Assembly (NCBI GenBank): GCA_039715015.1
Contig: JBDLIE010000029.1
Coordinates: forward strand, 1 to 31,061
Source of the DNA: Thermodesulfobacteriota bacterium
GTDB lineage: Bacteria > Desulfobacterota > Desulfobulbia > Desulfobulbales > SURF-16
DNA length: 31,061 nucleotides
Reading direction: 5' to 3'
The position numbers and the translations under genes are program-made. Below, one piece after another: positions 1 to 8,770 of this stretch. Position 1 is the first letter of the stretch; each line of letters opens with the position of its first letter. The notes beneath the pieces were generated by a model that made no database searches, was not told the DNA's origin, and worked only from the letters and a program-made list of their open reading frames with translations.

Positions 1-37
1 TCATCACAGCCAGATCATGTTGGGAGGGCGCATTCAT
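1..37 (-). CDS. Probable 5' end of a gene running off the left edge (MNAPSQHDLAVM...)
   Basis: Minus-strand ATG at 37, open to the window edge, directly downstream of a canonical sigma70 promoter (71-99). No clear RBS and only 12 codons visible. Confidence 0.35.
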   Translation of the reverse strand, partial: MNAPSQHDLAVM

Positions 38-48
38 AGTTTTCAATA

Positions 49-67
49 AATAGTAATAATTCTTATT
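49..67. promoter_or_regulatory. Fur/PerR-family-like operator (AATAGTAAT-A-ATTCTTATT)
   Basis: Imperfect 9-1-9 AT-rich inverted repeat over the predicted TSS. A near-identical 16-mer occurs at 16019-16034. Confidence 0.5.
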
Positions 68-70
68 TGC

Positions 71-99
71 ATAGTATGGATTTTGTTGTTGGAAGTCAA
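71..99 (-). promoter_or_regulatory. sigma70 promoter TTGACT-N17-TACTAT
   Basis: Minus-strand -35 at 94-99 and -10 at 71-76, 17-bp spacer. Confidence 0.6.
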
Positions 100-385
100 T
101 TAAATTTTTAGTCCTTCAGGTGACTGGTCGATTTGGTGGTGAGGAGGAGTTGTTGCCAGCCCTGTTTAAACTAGACATTTCAGGGGGTAGTTTAAGATGC
201 CGACAATAGAGATCGGAATAAGAAAAGAGACGTTTTAACTCATTATAGCTAAACAGTCAGGCCGTTTTACAGCAGTTATCTGATGATTTTTGTTTTAGCC
301 ATAACCCTGCGTTACTTTCCTAATTTTATCTCAAATACAGGACGTGTAGGCTCACTGCGCGAGAAAGAATTTCTATATAACGCAC

Positions 386-424
386 AAAAAAAAGCGGACC
401 GGTGATTAACCGGCCCGCTTTTTT
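386..424 (-). terminator. Rho-independent terminator, probably bidirectional
   Basis: 10-bp GC-rich stem (gcggaccggt/accggcccgc, one G-U pair on the minus strand), 5-nt loop, A8 on the left and T6 on the right; about 26 bp downstream of the 451 stop. Confidence 0.9.
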
Positions 425-450
425 AAGGATAATGAGAGTCTCTTGCTGGT

Positions 451-1785
451 TTAATGAAGAGCCATTCTCGTTTCAACCTGCAGTTGATCACCTAGGGCAC
501 CGTTGACCATGGTGATCATCTCGTTAAGAACAAAGGTGGGGAAAATCTTGAAGAGTTCCGCCATGGGACTTCCTGCCTCAATAGGGGCATCAAGCCAGAA
601 TGCAGCAAAGAATACCTCCGGGTTGGTGATTGCTATATTGATATTAACGCCGTCATCCCAGACGAGCAAGCGACACGGCATAATGGTCTGATGAAATAGA
701 CTACCTGACGCCTGCAGAGCAGTCTGAGCGTAAAACGGTTGACAAACAGAGAGTTCATACAACCCCGGAGTAGATTCCGACTGCATAAGCTTAACGGATT
801 TCCACTGCTGGAATGTGCCGCCCATGTTCCAGACATAAGGAGCTGTTGCCATCACCTGCTGCATCTGCTCAACGGACATCTCACCGGTCATGACCTGCTG
901 AAACATACCAGGTAAAACAGCCTTATCAGCAGCATCAACCACACTGTCTTGGTTAAGGTCGCCAACTCTGGGAGTGTTGATGGCAACCTCAAGGGCACCG
1001 ACCACAGCATCAAGCGCCGTGCTTCCTTCAGGAATCATGCTGGCAGGCACAGAGGCTGCTGAGATTGAAACCATGGGTGCCACAGAATCACTATTAATGG
1101 GGCCGATCATTGACTCGATACCCTGTAGCACCTCTTCTTTGATCTGAGTGCCCTTGACAAGCTCGTCTTCAATTTTGAAACCTTGGTCGCCTCCGTCTTG
1201 AAGGGTGCTGATCACAAAATTTTCTATGTCGGCTCGAATAACAGCTCCCATCTCCTCATATGTGGCTTTATCATCAGAGTCGTTGAAGAAAACCCTCATA
1301 GTTGTTTCAGGCAGGCGTAGGGCAATTTTGATGTTGTCGCCTTCGGTATAAACAGCCATAGGCCAGGGCATTGCCGACATGTAACGGGGATTATCAGACA
1401 TGCTGAGAATGTCGTCATTCATCTCATGCCAGAATTCGACATTACAGCTGGCGGAATCGGCAACGCCATCCATGTTCATATCGGTAAAAGGAAAATTTAA
1501 AACTGCTTCATAGGCAACACCGTCAAGTTCGCTGGGAATGGTTTCCACTGAAGTAATTGCACCCAACGGGTCGGTGCTGGAACTGAGGTGCTCACAGATA
1601 TGGAGCACTTGGGCTTTCTTTTCCAGAGTGGTCAAGTCAGATAACCCGCTGACTTTTTTTTCAGCGATTATCTTAAATGCCTCTTCTGCAGGGGCGGGAG
1701 ATGCCGCCAAGGATGTACTGGCAGAGCAGCAGGTTATTGCTGCAGTTGTAATTGCCATTGTTTGTATAAATTTCTTCAACATCAT
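451..1785 (-). CDS. Secreted Met-rich protein with tandem DUF302-like domains and Ca-binding (dockerin/EF-hand-like) loops
   Basis: 444-aa ORF with GGAGG RBS (true start may be 1782) and an N-terminal signal peptide (..STSLA|AS). C-terminal LSVCQPFYAQTAL...IMPCRLLVW resembles the DUF302 CxP...PCR motif; there is a degenerate N-terminal copy (MPWPMAVY) and a GDLNQDSVVDAAD loop. Confidence 0.7.
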   Translation of the reverse strand: MMLKKFIQTMAITTAAITCCSASTSLAASPAPAEEAFKIIAEKKVSGLSDLTTLEKKAQVLHICEHLSSSTDPLGAITSVETIPSELDGVAYEAVLNFPFTDMNMDGVADSASCNVEFWHEMNDDILSMSDNPRYMSAMPWPMAVYTEGDNIKIALRLPETTMRVFFNDSDDKATYEEMGAVIRADIENFVISTLQDGGDQGFKIEDELVKGTQIKEEVLQGIESMIGPINSDSVAPMVSISAASVPASMIPEGSTALDAVVGALEVAINTPRVGDLNQDSVVDAADKAVLPGMFQQVMTGEMSVEQMQQVMATAPYVWNMGGTFQQWKSVKLMQSESTPGLYELSVCQPFYAQTALQASGSLFHQTIMPCRLLVWDDGVNINIAITNPEVFFAAFWLDAPIEAGSPMAELFKIFPTFVLNEMITMVNGALGDQLQVETRMALH

Positions 1786-2479
1786 ACCTCCACGTGCATA
1801 AACTTGAGTGAAAATGATCCAGAGAGCGATTTGACGTCGTTCCTCCTTTCCCCTTTTTTTGTGTTACTCTTACAATAGAGCTGTTCCCTGGAAGACAGTT
1901 CTATTTCCGTGATTGCCCCCCCAATAAATGTTTAAGCGAAAATGCTAAGCGCATTCCCTGACGTCTTCTTTTGAATTGTAGAGACGAGGTTTACGCATGA
2001 AATTACCCCTGGTATACACTGACAGAAAGGATAGCCTGCTTCGGCTGATGGTTAAGGAATTAATTAAATGCCATAATTTCAACAATTTATCCCATAATGT
2101 GTAAATTATAATTTCCATAACAGTTGCAAGTTTGGCTTTCAAGCTTTTTTGTAAAGAAATCAATGGGAATGCTTGCGTGATTTGCCAGGCGAAAGAGCAT
2201 TGAGCAGTCAACTGGTCAGGTGAAAAGGGGGTGGATAATGAAAATTATTTAAGAGGCGTCCATAAAAAAGCGGCGCTGATATGATAAGGGGCCTGGGCCA
2301 GTTTTTTGAAGATCTTCGGGCTCTGGTGGCTCACCTTCAAGTCCGCCTTGCGGCAGACATTTTCGAACTCTGGCATCATAATGGACATATATTCTTATGG
2401 AGGCGGTTTCATTCTTGCCAGTCTCCATTATGCTATTGTTTTTCCTGGTTTTTTCAAGGTCATGATTTATGATGGATGC

Positions 2480-3718
2480 ATGAATAATCCAGGGCATAAA
2501 CAAGCTGTTAATATCCATTACGGCTGGTATGTGGTGGCAGCTGGCACCCTATGTGTCTTTGCCTGCCTTGGCCTTGGCCGTTTTGCCTTGGGTATGCTGC
2601 TGCCATCCATGGGAGAGGCCCTGGAGCTCAGCTATAGTCAAATGGGATTTATCGGGACGGCAAATTTTGTCGGCTACCTTGTCGCTGTGCTCCTTTGCAG
2701 CAGGCTGTCAAAGAGATTTGGTGCTCGGAAGCTCATTGGCGCTTCTCTTCTCATGGTTGGTTTGCCCATGATTTTTATTGGCCTTGCCGCCAATTTTTAT
2801 CTGATCAGCCTCCTTTATATTGTCACGGGCATGGGCAGTGCCCTGGCCAATGTTTCCATCATGGCCCTGATCCCTGTGTGGTTTGCCAGTCGTAAAAGGG
2901 GGAAGGCTGCCGGCTTTGTGGTGATCGGCAGTGGTTTTGCTATTATCCTGTCCGGCAAGCTCGTTCCCTATCTGAACTCATTACATGCTCATGGCTGGCG
3001 TCTGAGCTGGTGTGTGTTGGGTGCCATTGTGCTGCTGGCGGCGGCTCTCTGTTTCCTTATATTACGTGACAGGCCTCAGGACCTCGGACTACAGCCAGTG
3101 GGAAGTGTTGAAAGGGATGTTGCCGGCTATGGAGCTGCCCTGGCTCAGGAAACGCAGGTGAAGGCCGGGGTTATTTACCACTGTGCCGCCATCTATTTTC
3201 TCTTTGGTTTCACCTATGTGATCTATGCCACCTTTATTGTCACTACTCTGGTGCAGGAGCGGGGCATGAGTGAGGCAATCGCCGGAAATTTCTGGGCCTG
3301 GGTTGGTTTTTTGAGCCTCTTTTCCGGGCCGCTGTTCGGGACTATCTCGGACAGGTTTGGCCGCAAGCATGCTTTGGTGGCAGTTTTTTCCATTCAGGCC
3401 ATGGCCTATCTCTTTATTGCCCTTAATTGGGGGGATTTTTTTCTTTATCTCTCCATTGGCTGTTACGGCATAGTCGCCTGGAGTATTCCGTCGATCATGG
3501 CAGCGCTGGTGGGTGATTATGTCGGCGCCCAGCGGGCTGTCCACGTCTTTGCTTTTGTAACGTTTGTCTTTGGGCTCGGCCAAGTGCTGGGGCCTTTTGT
3601 GGCCGGGATTTTGGCCGAAAAGGCGGGCAGTTTCATCAGCAGCTATCTCATGGCCTTTATCCTGGCCTTGAGCGCCGTGCTGCTTTCTGGTTTTTTGCCC
3701 GCTAAGAAGAATATCTAA
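2480..3718 (+). CDS. MFS transporter (YbfB/YjiJ-like)
   Basis: About 12 hydrophobic helices; motifs HYGW, GLGRFALGMLLPSM, GTISDRFGRK. Start moved to ATG 2480 (MNNPGHK) because the ORF-track extension does not look MFS-like. Confidence 0.9.
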   Translation: MNNPGHKQAVNIHYGWYVVAAGTLCVFACLGLGRFALGMLLPSMGEALELSYSQMGFIGTANFVGYLVAVLLCSRLSKRFGARKLIGASLLMVGLPMIFIGLAANFYLISLLYIVTGMGSALANVSIMALIPVWFASRKRGKAAGFVVIGSGFAIILSGKLVPYLNSLHAHGWRLSWCVLGAIVLLAAALCFLILRDRPQDLGLQPVGSVERDVAGYGAALAQETQVKAGVIYHCAAIYFLFGFTYVIYATFIVTTLVQERGMSEAIAGNFWAWVGFLSLFSGPLFGTISDRFGRKHALVAVFSIQAMAYLFIALNWGDFFLYLSIGCYGIVAWSIPSIMAALVGDYVGAQRAVHVFAFVTFVFGLGQVLGPFVAGILAEKAGSFISSYLMAFILALSAVLLSGFLPAKKNI

Positions 3719-5292
3719 TAGACGTCCCAGCTGCCGCTTGCGTAGTAGCGGTAGAGTACGGGACTGAGTTCGCTGTTGACCTCAACCTTTTCGAGCTGCT
3801 GAGGGCCAACCATGTCTCTGCTGAAATGGCCCATGCTGACCATGGCGTCGTTATCGAGAAAGCGGCTGGGCAGGTCGTTGAAATCAAGCTTTAAGACTTT
3901 CTCCTTAAGCTGATTTGTGTCCATGCCTTTTGCCTGTACCCCGAGCACCCAGGCCCATTCGCCCATGGTGGGGATCTGGTTATGGTAAGGCAGGACAGTA
4001 AATCCGGCAGCCTGCACCGTTTTATAGATCGACAAAAAGGCCTGTTTGGCAAACCAGGGGCTGGTGGCCTGGCTGACCATGACCCCCCCCGTTGTGAGAT
4101 GGCGGCCCACAAGTTGATAAAAATTGCGGGAGTAGAGATGCATAAGGTCGATGGAGTCTGGATCAGGCAGATCAATGATGATTACATCAAAGAGCTCATT
4201 TGTTTCACGCAGAAAACGGGCAGCATCCTGATGAACCACCTTGAGGCGTTGGTCATTCATGGAGTTTTGATTAAGGGCAACAAGGGGCTTATACTCTCTG
4301 GCCAGCCTGGTCACGGCCGGATCGAGATCCACCATGGTCACCTTTTTCACATCTTGATGTTTCCAGATTTCTCTTAGGGCCAGACCATCGCCGCCGCCGA
4401 GGATCAGGACGTTGCTGCGGTGGCCCGCAAGGAGCATGGCCGGGTGGACCAAGGGTTCATGGTAGCGCTCTTCGTCATAGCTTGAGAACTGCTCCTGGCC
4501 GTTAAGAAAAAGCCAGATATCCTCTTTCCAGCGGGTAAAAATGATCTTTTGGTAGGGGGTCTGTTCAGAGTAGATGATTTTATCTTTGTACTGCTTTTGT
4601 TCGCCATAAAGGAGGATGGGTTTTGCCAGCAGGGCCGTGCCTAAAAGGGTAAGGGTGCAGCAGGCAAGGAGGGCCAGCACGGTTTTCTTTCTGACCAGCA
4701 GGCCAAAAAAGGAAAAGACAAAGAGGCAGGCAATAAGAAAATTAATGGTGCCGAGAATAATGGGGGTGTAGGTCAGGCCCAGATAGGGCAGGGCGAAAAA
4801 AGCAAAGAAGAAACCGCCCACCAGGGAACCGAAATAATCCTTCTCCATGATATTGGCGATATTGACCCGCAGCTCCTCGTAATTTTCATTAAGACGGGTA
4901 ACCAGGGGGATCTCAAAGCCGATCAGCATGCCGATGGCCATGGCCAAAATATAGATGATAACCTGGATTTGGCTGGTCCAGGCTGCAAGACCAAAGGCGG
5001 CAACCGCTGAGATGGCGCAGCAGATCGACAGGCTGAACTCGACAAAGATAAAGACATCGAGCAGATTTTTAGAAATCAGCTTGCTTAGCCTGCTGCCGAG
5101 GCCCATGGCAAAGAGCATGAGCGACATGATAATGGTCCACTGAAAAACCGCATTGCCAAGCAAATAGGTAGCCAGGGTGGAGAGGACAAACTCGGCAACA
5201 ATACCGGCGCAGCCCGTGGCAAAGATGGAGATTTTCAGGATGAGGCCGGCCCGTCTTCTGTCAGCTGCCTCCACCTCGGTTACACGCACCAA
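3715..5292 (-). CDS. speE: Membrane-fused polyamine aminopropyltransferase (spermidine synthase)
   Basis: About 7 N-terminal TM helices followed by a synthase domain: QTPYQKI, LFLNGQEQFSSYDEERYHEPLVHP, LILGGGDG, VDLDP, IIIDLPDP. The start may be GTG 5289 or 5274. Confidence 0.92.
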   Translation of the reverse strand: MVRVTEVEAADRRRAGLILKISIFATGCAGIVAEFVLSTLATYLLGNAVFQWTIIMSLMLFAMGLGSRLSKLISKNLLDVFIFVEFSLSICCAISAVAAFGLAAWTSQIQVIIYILAMAIGMLIGFEIPLVTRLNENYEELRVNIANIMEKDYFGSLVGGFFFAFFALPYLGLTYTPIILGTINFLIACLFVFSFFGLLVRKKTVLALLACCTLTLLGTALLAKPILLYGEQKQYKDKIIYSEQTPYQKIIFTRWKEDIWLFLNGQEQFSSYDEERYHEPLVHPAMLLAGHRSNVLILGGGDGLALREIWKHQDVKKVTMVDLDPAVTRLAREYKPLVALNQNSMNDQRLKVVHQDAARFLRETNELFDVIIIDLPDPDSIDLMHLYSRNFYQLVGRHLTTGGVMVSQATSPWFAKQAFLSIYKTVQAAGFTVLPYHNQIPTMGEWAWVLGVQAKGMDTNQLKEKVLKLDFNDLPSRFLDNDAMVSMGHFSRDMVGPQQLEKVEVNSELSPVLYRYYASGSWDVY

Positions 5293-6125
5293 AAGATGAT
5301 GAAGGCCGCGGCAATATAGGAGAAGGCCTCAATAAAGGCGGCACCCAGGTTGGCCTTTTCCTGGCCGGCAATCTCATCGCAGAGCGACACCGTGGGCAGC
5401 AGCACCCTGTCGGCAACAAAACGAATGAGCGGCAAAAGAACCAGGCCAAGGGCGGCATACCCTAAATATTCCGGCAGGTTATCCTGCCAGGAGGTGAAGT
5501 CGCCGGTTCCGGCCAGGCCGATGATAATACCCATGCCCGCCATGGCCCCGCAAAAGCTGACGCCTGCAGCAATATTGTCCTTTTCGATCTCAGCATGGAC
5601 ATCGTAGCCGATGATCAGGCAGTAGACCCGCTCGGCAATGAGCAAACAGATTTGGCCCAAGAGCCAGTAAACACCTACGGTGATCAGCGAGCCGCCCTCG
5701 CCTTCCACGGCGCCATGGATGATCAGGCCGGAGGCCACGCAATAGCCGGCCACCACAGCGCCGGTGCCCAGGTTATGGTCTTGAACCAGTTCTTTGGTGA
5801 TGGAAAAGGTGCGCAGGATCACACGGTCGGCCACAAGCCAGGAGAGGTTGACCAGAACAATGCTGGCCGTACCATAGATGGCGATGTCGGTGAGGTCCTG
5901 AACCAGTCCGGCCGACGGTCCTGTCACAGCGCCGCCGATGGCAAGGACCAGGCCCAGGTAATAGCCGGCCATGGCCAGGCCCATGGCCGGGTTGTCATGT
6001 TCCACCAATTCCACTGTCAGATTATAACTGCGGTGCACAATATCGTTGACAAGTTTGCCGATAAAAAAGAGCAGGAAAAAGGCGCCAAGAAGGCTGGCAC
6101 CACTACTAAGCACTGAAAGATCCAT
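5280..6125 (-). CDS. DUF350 family membrane protein (tandem domains)
   Basis: Repeated E-[LI]-x-x-x-x-N-x-[AG]-x-[GA] units (ELVEHDNPAMG, ELVQDHNLGTG, EIEKDNIAAG, EIAGQEKANLGAA), about 8 TMs, coupled to speE. Confidence 0.85.
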   Translation of the reverse strand: MDLSVLSSGASLLGAFFLLFFIGKLVNDIVHRSYNLTVELVEHDNPAMGLAMAGYYLGLVLAIGGAVTGPSAGLVQDLTDIAIYGTASIVLVNLSWLVADRVILRTFSITKELVQDHNLGTGAVVAGYCVASGLIIHGAVEGEGGSLITVGVYWLLGQICLLIAERVYCLIIGYDVHAEIEKDNIAAGVSFCGAMAGMGIIIGLAGTGDFTSWQDNLPEYLGYAALGLVLLPLIRFVADRVLLPTVSLCDEIAGQEKANLGAAFIEAFSYIAAAFIIFWCV

Positions 6126-6781
6126 TATTTCCCCCTCCCTGTTGAACGTGAGCGCATGCTGGAGTTGGTCCTGCCTGTCTTGGCCGAAGCAGCCGTTGCC
6201 TTGCGGGTGAAGTAGCCGGGGAACATCTTCTTGGTAAGGCTACCGCCGGTACCGTACTGCTTGTTCATGCCAAAGAAGGGCGTGCGGTTTTTGTGGGCCA
6301 TGCTGTAGCTCTTGTAGCTGTCGCGGCCAATGGCGCGGCCACCGAGCATCCGGGTGTAATGGCCATATTGGGGATGATAGTTCCAGTAATCCTTACCTTT
6401 TTTCTTGACCCACTTGCCATATTTTTTTTTGCCGATCCGGCTGAAACCAGGGGGTTCAAAATACTCATCATCCATGTCCCACTCAGTGTTACGCATCCAG
6501 ACCACCATGCCCAGAAAGGGCAGGTAGCGGGTGAAGAGATTTTCCGGCACCTCGTACCAATCGGTGGAAAAACTGCGCAGGTCAGTGGCAACCTCATACT
6601 TATGATACTGTTTCGGAAAGAGAGAGCCTTCCTGGCGCATATCTTCGAGCATGATGGAGTAGGCAGACTCATCATCCAAGGTGGAACGCAGGACATCAAG
6701 CGGGTTTTCCGGCTCACCGCAGCCAGTCAAAAAAAGAGCTGGAATGAGGGCCAGGAAAAGAGTTAGGGACGTGTTCCTCAT
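6125..6781 (-). CDS. Lipoprotein of the DUF350/SpeE operon with a basic Gly/Ser/Arg tail
   Basis: Lipobox FLTGC; stop overlaps the DUF350 start (TAATG); C-terminus SSMRSRSTGRGK. Confidence 0.8.
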   Translation of the reverse strand: MRNTSLTLFLALIPALFLTGCGEPENPLDVLRSTLDDESAYSIMLEDMRQEGSLFPKQYHKYEVATDLRSFSTDWYEVPENLFTRYLPFLGMVVWMRNTEWDMDDEYFEPPGFSRIGKKKYGKWVKKKGKDYWNYHPQYGHYTRMLGGRAIGRDSYKSYSMAHKNRTPFFGMNKQYGTGGSLTKKMFPGYFTRKATAASAKTGRTNSSMRSRSTGRGK

Positions 6782-7005
6782 TAAAACCTCTCGGCAAGAT
6801 GGTTAACGGGCATCAAGGATGATTGGTAAGGTCGGGGTGGACTTGTCTGGCTTACTTTTTCCGGGCAAGCACGTTGACAGGGCAGATAATTAGCTTCATT
6901 ATAACAGCCAGTTTTATGATGACAAGGGACAAAACCCTTGGATTGTTTGTCTTTTTTTATTTTGGCCCTGCCTGGATATGGCTGCCAACAAGCAAAGGAG
7001 CAATG

Positions 7006-7779
7006 ATGTCCCTGTTTCATGGCCCGGAGAAACGACTGGAAATACAGCTTGCTGATCATGGCTCCGACCTCCTTAGTTTTGACCTGAAGATCTGGCAGGG
7101 GTTTGTTCAGGCCGCCGGAGCCCAGATAATCGATACCTGCCACGCTCCGGGCATTACCTCTTTTTTGCTCTCTGAATCGTCTCTTTTTATCTGGTCAAAG
7201 CGCTTGGTCCTCCTCACCTGTGGCAAGACCAGCCCTCTACCCGCCCTTGCCCATCTTTTGGCGGAAGTCGATCAGCAAGAGGTGACTTTTTTTCGCTATG
7301 AGGAGAAGGCCCTGGCCCGGGAACATTTTTGTTACCCTGACTTCAGGGAAATTTTGGCCCCGGCCGCCACCTACTTCACCGATATCGAGTTGGCCAGCCA
7401 GGGAAAAGGCGATGGCGATCGAATCTTCCATGGCCAGAGCGGTGCGAGTAAGAGGGCACCCTGCAGCCAGCTTCTCTGCCACGGCCTTTCTGCCCAGGCG
7501 GCCTCTTTTTTTTCCGCACCCCATAAGCAGGGCCAGCAGGCCATGGAGCTGGTTGAGCGGGCCAGCAGCCACCAACACTGGTTTAGCCCCCAGGGTTATT
7601 CTGAGAACGGCATCATCGCTGATAATTATTACGCCCTTCATGCCACTCCCCAGGGCGACAGGTCCTATGGCGGCTTTGAAACAGACCTGGACCTCGCTGA
7701 ATATCCGCAATTGGTTGACCGGCTGCTGTCTCTTTTTGAGCCAAAGAGATTTACCTTCTTTGCCGCAGAAAAACCCTGA
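7006..7779 (+). CDS. speD: S-adenosylmethionine decarboxylase proenzyme, eukaryote-type fold, divergent
   Basis: AAGGAG RBS at 6995-7000. Motifs FHGPEKRLEI, LLSE|SSLF (autocleavage site at 7174-7179), LTCGKT, FSPQGYSENG and LHATPQ..SYGGFET align by eye to eukaryotic AdoMetDC. Confidence 0.85.
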   Translation: MSLFHGPEKRLEIQLADHGSDLLSFDLKIWQGFVQAAGAQIIDTCHAPGITSFLLSESSLFIWSKRLVLLTCGKTSPLPALAHLLAEVDQQEVTFFRYEEKALAREHFCYPDFREILAPAATYFTDIELASQGKGDGDRIFHGQSGASKRAPCSQLLCHGLSAQAASFFSAPHKQGQQAMELVERASSHQHWFSPQGYSENGIIADNYYALHATPQGDRSYGGFETDLDLAEYPQLVDRLLSLFEPKRFTFFAAEKP

Positions 7780-7821
7780 ATACCGGTGCTGGGAATTCTC
7801 TGTGGGCCGCGGCTTTTTCTC

Positions 7822-7830
7822 TGCTATAAT
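7822..7830 (+). promoter_or_regulatory. Extended -10 promoter element (TGcTATAAT)
   Basis: Perfect TGnTATAAT about 40 bp upstream of the ATG at 7869. Confidence 0.5.
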
Positions 7831-7868
7831 CTTATTTTATCTTGAAGACATAAATAGGGGAGTAACTC

Positions 7869-8735
7869 ATGGCTGAACAGGTAGGTTTTGTCGGGCTGGG
7901 CCTTATGGGCTCAAGGATGGCGGCCAATCTCATTGCAGGGGGGCACGATGTGCTGCTCTATAACAGGACAGTGGCAAAAGCTGAGATCTTGGCTGGGGCG
8001 GGAGCCACTGTGGCCACAACAGCTCAGGAAGTAGGGCAGCAAGCGCAGACTGTTTTTATGATGCTCACCGGTCCTGATGCCATTGAGGCCATTCTTTGGG
8101 GTGAGCAGGGGCTTGTTAATGAAAAGTCGCGATGCAATATTATCGTTAATATGAGCACCGTGCCTCCCGCCTATAACAGGGAACTGGCCCATAGGCTGCA
8201 GGAAAAAGGGATAACCTTGTTGGAAGCGCCGGTGTCCGGCTCCACTGATGCCGCGGCGGCAGGCAGCCTGGTGATCCTCACCGGCGGCGATCCGGCCCAG
8301 CTTGAGAGTGTCACCGCATACCTTATGAGCATGGCCAAGAAACTTGTTCATTGCGGCGATGTTGGCCAGGCAACGAGCATGAAGATGGTGATTAACATGC
8401 TCCTTGGCACCATGCTCAGCGGCCTTGGCGAGGCCGTTACCCTTGGCGAGAAATGTGGTTTCACTACGGCACAGGTGCTTGATACCATCCTGGCCGGTCC
8501 CCTTGGCTGCGGATTCTATCAGGCCAAGGCGGATATGTTTAAAAAGGGCGACTATTCGGCCGGGTTTCCCATAAAACATATGCTGAAAGATCTCAATTTC
8601 ATTAATAAAACTGCTGACGATGCCGGGGCAAACACTCCCCTGGCAGGCACAGTGAAAGAGTTGTATGAAAAGGCCATGGGACTTGGCCTTGCCGACCAGG
8701 ATTTTGCTGCGGTGAAGAAGGTTTTCGAGAGCTAA
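7869..8735 (+). CDS. Beta-hydroxyacid dehydrogenase family NAD(P)-dependent oxidoreductase (glyoxylate/succinic semialdehyde reductase-like)
   Basis: GFVGLGLMG Rossmann motif, YNRT, LEAPVSGS, catalytic K in SMKMVIN, FPIKHMLKDL; GGGAG RBS. Confidence 0.9.
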   Translation: MAEQVGFVGLGLMGSRMAANLIAGGHDVLLYNRTVAKAEILAGAGATVATTAQEVGQQAQTVFMMLTGPDAIEAILWGEQGLVNEKSRCNIIVNMSTVPPAYNRELAHRLQEKGITLLEAPVSGSTDAAAAGSLVILTGGDPAQLESVTAYLMSMAKKLVHCGDVGQATSMKMVINMLLGTMLSGLGEAVTLGEKCGFTTAQVLDTILAGPLGCGFYQAKADMFKKGDYSAGFPIKHMLKDLNFINKTADDAGANTPLAGTVKELYEKAMGLGLADQDFAAVKKVFES

Positions 8736-8770
8736 CTTTTGTGACTATCAGAAAGAAACGGTGAACAGCG

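Noticed and set aside
913..963. Cellulosome dockerin
   Set aside because: Only a single Ca-loop/helix motif is evident, with no duplicated repeat and no cohesin or CAZyme nearby.
1800..2300. Possible riboswitch, sigma54 promoter or small ORFs (1945-2211, 2249-2518) upstream of the DUF302-like gene
   Set aside because: Only one modest hairpin (about 1875-1904); TGGCA sites lack a correctly spaced -12; the ORFs have no recognisable features. An Rfam scan would be needed to exclude an RNA.
2306..2479. N-terminal extensions in the ORF track (MFS; also speD 6823, MMPL 16208, DUF3108 21710, DUF1499 23352)
   Set aside because: Downstream ATGs fit RBSs, signal peptides or family N-termini better, and the extensions overlap promoters or other genes.
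3715..3718. 4-bp convergent stop-codon overlaps (MFS/speE; also creD/Mut7-C at 30839-30842)
   Set aside because: Common in compact bacterial genomes; not informative on its own.
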